The position numbers were made by a program, and so were the translations under genes. The notes beneath the pieces were generated by a model. That model ran no database searches. It saw only the letters and a list, made by a program, of their open reading frames with translations, and was not told the DNA's origin. This document shows, piece by piece, positions 62,036 to 64,000 of a DNA stretch of 64,000 nt. Source of the DNA: Desulfovibrio sp. (GTDB lineage: Bacteria; Desulfobacterota; Desulfovibrionia; Desulfovibrionales; Desulfovibrionaceae). The DNA lies in contig JAITGC010000078.1 of the NCBI GenBank assembly GCA_031280915.1, forward strand, positions 52,069 to 116,068, in the 5' to 3' direction. Every line of letters begins with the position of its first letter. Positions within the stretch are counted from its first letter, which is position 1.

Positions 62036-63292
62036 CTATTGGCGGATGATCTGTTTTTCCAGCAGTATCTCCGCCATCCCGGCGCATTGAAAGATATCGA
62101 GGCCTATGGTGTCCGCTATGTCCAGCAGCGGCGTCCGGCCGTCTATATAGGCGAGCATGTTCATCATGTTCGTGGTATATCCGTTTGTGCTCTCCACGCG
62201 ACTCAAGGTTGAATACAGCCCCCGTTTCCCCATCTGCGGCTCGCACAGTATTTCCGAGGCATAGACGTTGTTTGCCTCCAGAGCCTCCAGACATCGCCGT
62301 ATAAGAATGTAGCCGCCCTGAAGGCCCTTTTCGGTGACAACGTCAAAATTGTCCAGCGACGTGTGATATTCGGGATAAGAGCCGTACTTTGTCCGCATGA
62401 CGGAGCAAAACGGCAGATCAATGCCGGGTGCGCAGTACTGTCGTTCATCGCTCTGTCTGTCCAGAAAAGTATAGCTGATAAAATCAGGGTGGAAATGCTT
62501 CAATACGTGCAGCGCGGCCCGGTCGGCAAGGGTGCTTCCTTTGCGGCTGGGGAGATAGGACCAAGCCCGGTCGTCTCCCATACAGGTCAGATTGAAGCCG
62601 GCGATGACGCGTTCTTTCAGAGTGTCCACATTGCGGCTGAGATACGTTATCGCCCCGATGGTTTCCGGCCCGTAAACAATGCGGTATGAGAATCTTCGCG
62701 GCTTCGAAAGCAGCCATTGGGCGATTTCCGTCATGACCACCGGGCCGGAGAGTTCATTGTTGGCCATGGAAGGATGGCAGATATAGGTGCTGAGGAATAT
62801 CTCCTGCCGCTCTTTTCCCGGAATCAGCAGCTCTCCGTAAGTCAGGCTGCCCGGCGCGAGAGTCGCGTCAATTTTGGCGTGATACAGGCCGGGTTTGAGC
62901 TTTTCGCGTTGTTTGTGGGCGAGACAGAAGCCCCAGCGCCGGGCGTAGTAGGACGTCACATAAGGAACGGCTTCGGGCATGTCGGGACGGGAATGCAGAT
63001 GAGCCTGGAGTTCCTCAAGGGAAAGAACACGATCGGTGGGTTCGGAATAGCCTACGACGTGCAGATTGCTGTCGGCGAAGTCGGCTATGATTTCACCGTC
63101 GGGGCCGGTGAGCCGGGCGCCGCGGATATTCCATTCATCGGGCACTGTCCAGTCAAAAACCCGCGTTCCTGAAGGAATTTCGTGAATAGTCAGCGCGGAG
63201 AGGCGTTCCCGCAGCACGGCAAGGGTCTCCCTGACGCCGTCGCCGGTGATGCTGCGGCAGATGGGAAACAGTCTTTTCAGCAGGTCAATCAT
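62036..63292 (-). CDS. DUF4910-type M28-peptidase-like protein with C-terminal wHTH
   Basis: LFPICRSITGDGVRETL, DWTVPDEWNI, PYVTSYY, YICHPSMANNELSGP, SDERQYC, YPEYHTSLD, EPQMGKRGLY. Confidence 0.85.
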   Translation of the reverse strand: MIDLLKRLFPICRSITGDGVRETLAVLRERLSALTIHEIPSGTRVFDWTVPDEWNIRGARLTGPDGEIIADFADSNLHVVGYSEPTDRVLSLEELQAHLHSRPDMPEAVPYVTSYYARRWGFCLAHKQREKLKPGLYHAKIDATLAPGSLTYGELLIPGKERQEIFLSTYICHPSMANNELSGPVVMTEIAQWLLSKPRRFSYRIVYGPETIGAITYLSRNVDTLKERVIAGFNLTCMGDDRAWSYLPSRKGSTLADRAALHVLKHFHPDFISYTFLDRQSDERQYCAPGIDLPFCSVMRTKYGSYPEYHTSLDNFDVVTEKGLQGGYILIRRCLEALEANNVYASEILCEPQMGKRGLYSTLSRVESTNGYTTNMMNMLAYIDGRTPLLDIADTIGLDIFQCAGMAEILLEKQIIRQ

Positions 63293-63350
63293 GCGTCTTC
63301 GCTACACTCAAGGACTTCCGGCACACGGCGGTCGCGGGGAAAACCCATAC

Positions 63351-63366
63351 AGGCATACTTATTGCT
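63351..63366 (+). promoter_or_regulatory. Sigma54 promoter for flhB
   Basis: AGGCATA-CTTA-TTGCT with GG-N10-GC spacing, 42 bp before the ATG. Confidence 0.65.
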
Positions 63367-63408
63367 TTGCATTATGGAGCGATATGAACCCCAATAGCAG
63401 GAAGCCCC

Positions 63409-64000
63409 ATGTTTGGCAAGCAGGCAGACCCGAGCAGAACGGAAGAAGCCACTCCGAAGCGTCGCGATAAACACCGCGGGGAAGGCAATGTTCCCAAGGC
63501 GCAGGAGCTTGGCAAGGCCGTCAGCCTTGTTGGCGGCCTTATTGCGCTTTATGCCTGGATTGGACAGATGTCGGAGGAGATCAAAAATATTTTTCGTTAC
63601 TTCCTCGCCCATGCTTGGGAATTTGAGGCCAATGCCCAAAACGTGTATGCCCTGGGAATCGAAATTGCCGTCAATCTCGCAAAGATGTTGCTGCCCATCT
63701 TGCTCTTTTTGGGTTTTTTGGCCGCGCTGGCGCAGCGCCTCCAGGTGGGCAAACTCTGGACAACAAAAATTTTCAAATTCAAATGGGGAAGATTCAATAT
63801 TCTCAAGGGATTGAAACAGATGTTTTTCTCCCCGCAGACAATATTGCGTACGCTGAAGAGCCTGTTTTTTTCCCTTATCCTCTGCTTGATTCCCGGATAC
63901 ATGATTTACAGGGAATATCAAAATTTTTTGCCCATGTATTACGCCAGCGCTGAAGGCGTCGGCATATATATGCTGGAAACGGCCCTGCGTCTGACTCTGT
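63409..64000 (+). CDS. flhB: Flagellar export protein FlhB (3'-truncated by window edge, absent from ORF track)
   Basis: Manual translation MFGKQADPSRTEEATPKRRDKHRGEGNVPKAQELGK...QRLQVGKLW..KFKWGRFNILKGLKQMF; frame stays open to the window end. Confidence 0.92.
   Translation, partial: MFGKQADPSRTEEATPKRRDKHRGEGNVPKAQELGKAVSLVGGLIALYAWIGQMSEEIKNIFRYFLAHAWEFEANAQNVYALGIEIAVNLAKMLLPILLFLGFLAALAQRLQVGKLWTTKIFKFKWGRFNILKGLKQMFFSPQTILRTLKSLFFSLILCLIPGYMIYREYQNFLPMYYASAEGVGIYMLETALRLTL

Noticed and set aside
61854-62294. 146-aa minus-strand ORF overlapping the DUF4910 3' end
   Set aside because: Alternative frame of a real gene running into intergenic DNA; no supporting motifs.

Overview
This is a bacterial chromosome segment, very probably from Desulfovibrio (Desulfovibrionaceae), judged from the homotrimeric porins, the cheB-HEAT-cheR-cheY-cheA cluster and the RTX-protein N-terminus. 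1-10.3 kb holds the end of the S10, spc and alpha ribosomal protein operons (rplP to rplQ, with secY, map and rpoA), followed by an exported protein, mtaB and pgl. 13.6-25.5 kb is a C3-sulfonate catabolic island behind a sigma54-type promoter. It encodes a LarA-family racemase, a DHPS-dehydrogenase-like enzyme, a TRAP transporter, an aldehyde dehydrogenase, sulfolactate sulfo-lyase SuyAB, TctC and a fused TctA-TctB. Next come gap with a GAF protein, the mreBCD-mrdA-rodA-bactofilin operon, a GT-C-like membrane protein, a sulfotransferase, two tandem porin paralogues and a feo iron-uptake cluster with Fur boxes. The rest comprises acs, a 1003-aa degenerate-PHP/membrane protein, an orphan MdtA-like adaptor, tRNA-Pro(CGG), the chemotaxis cluster, an RTX-like adhesin frameshifted in a G11 tract, a DUF4910 protein and the start of flhB. 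The best leads are (1) a candidate nickel-pincer sulfolactate racemase, which would fix the S/R mismatch of the DHPS-to-SuyAB route, (2) a candidate phase-variable adhesin, and (3) a dispersed mosaic family of AGAGCA..TGCTCT palindromic repeats. All family assignments come from motif recognition by eye; no database searches were run.
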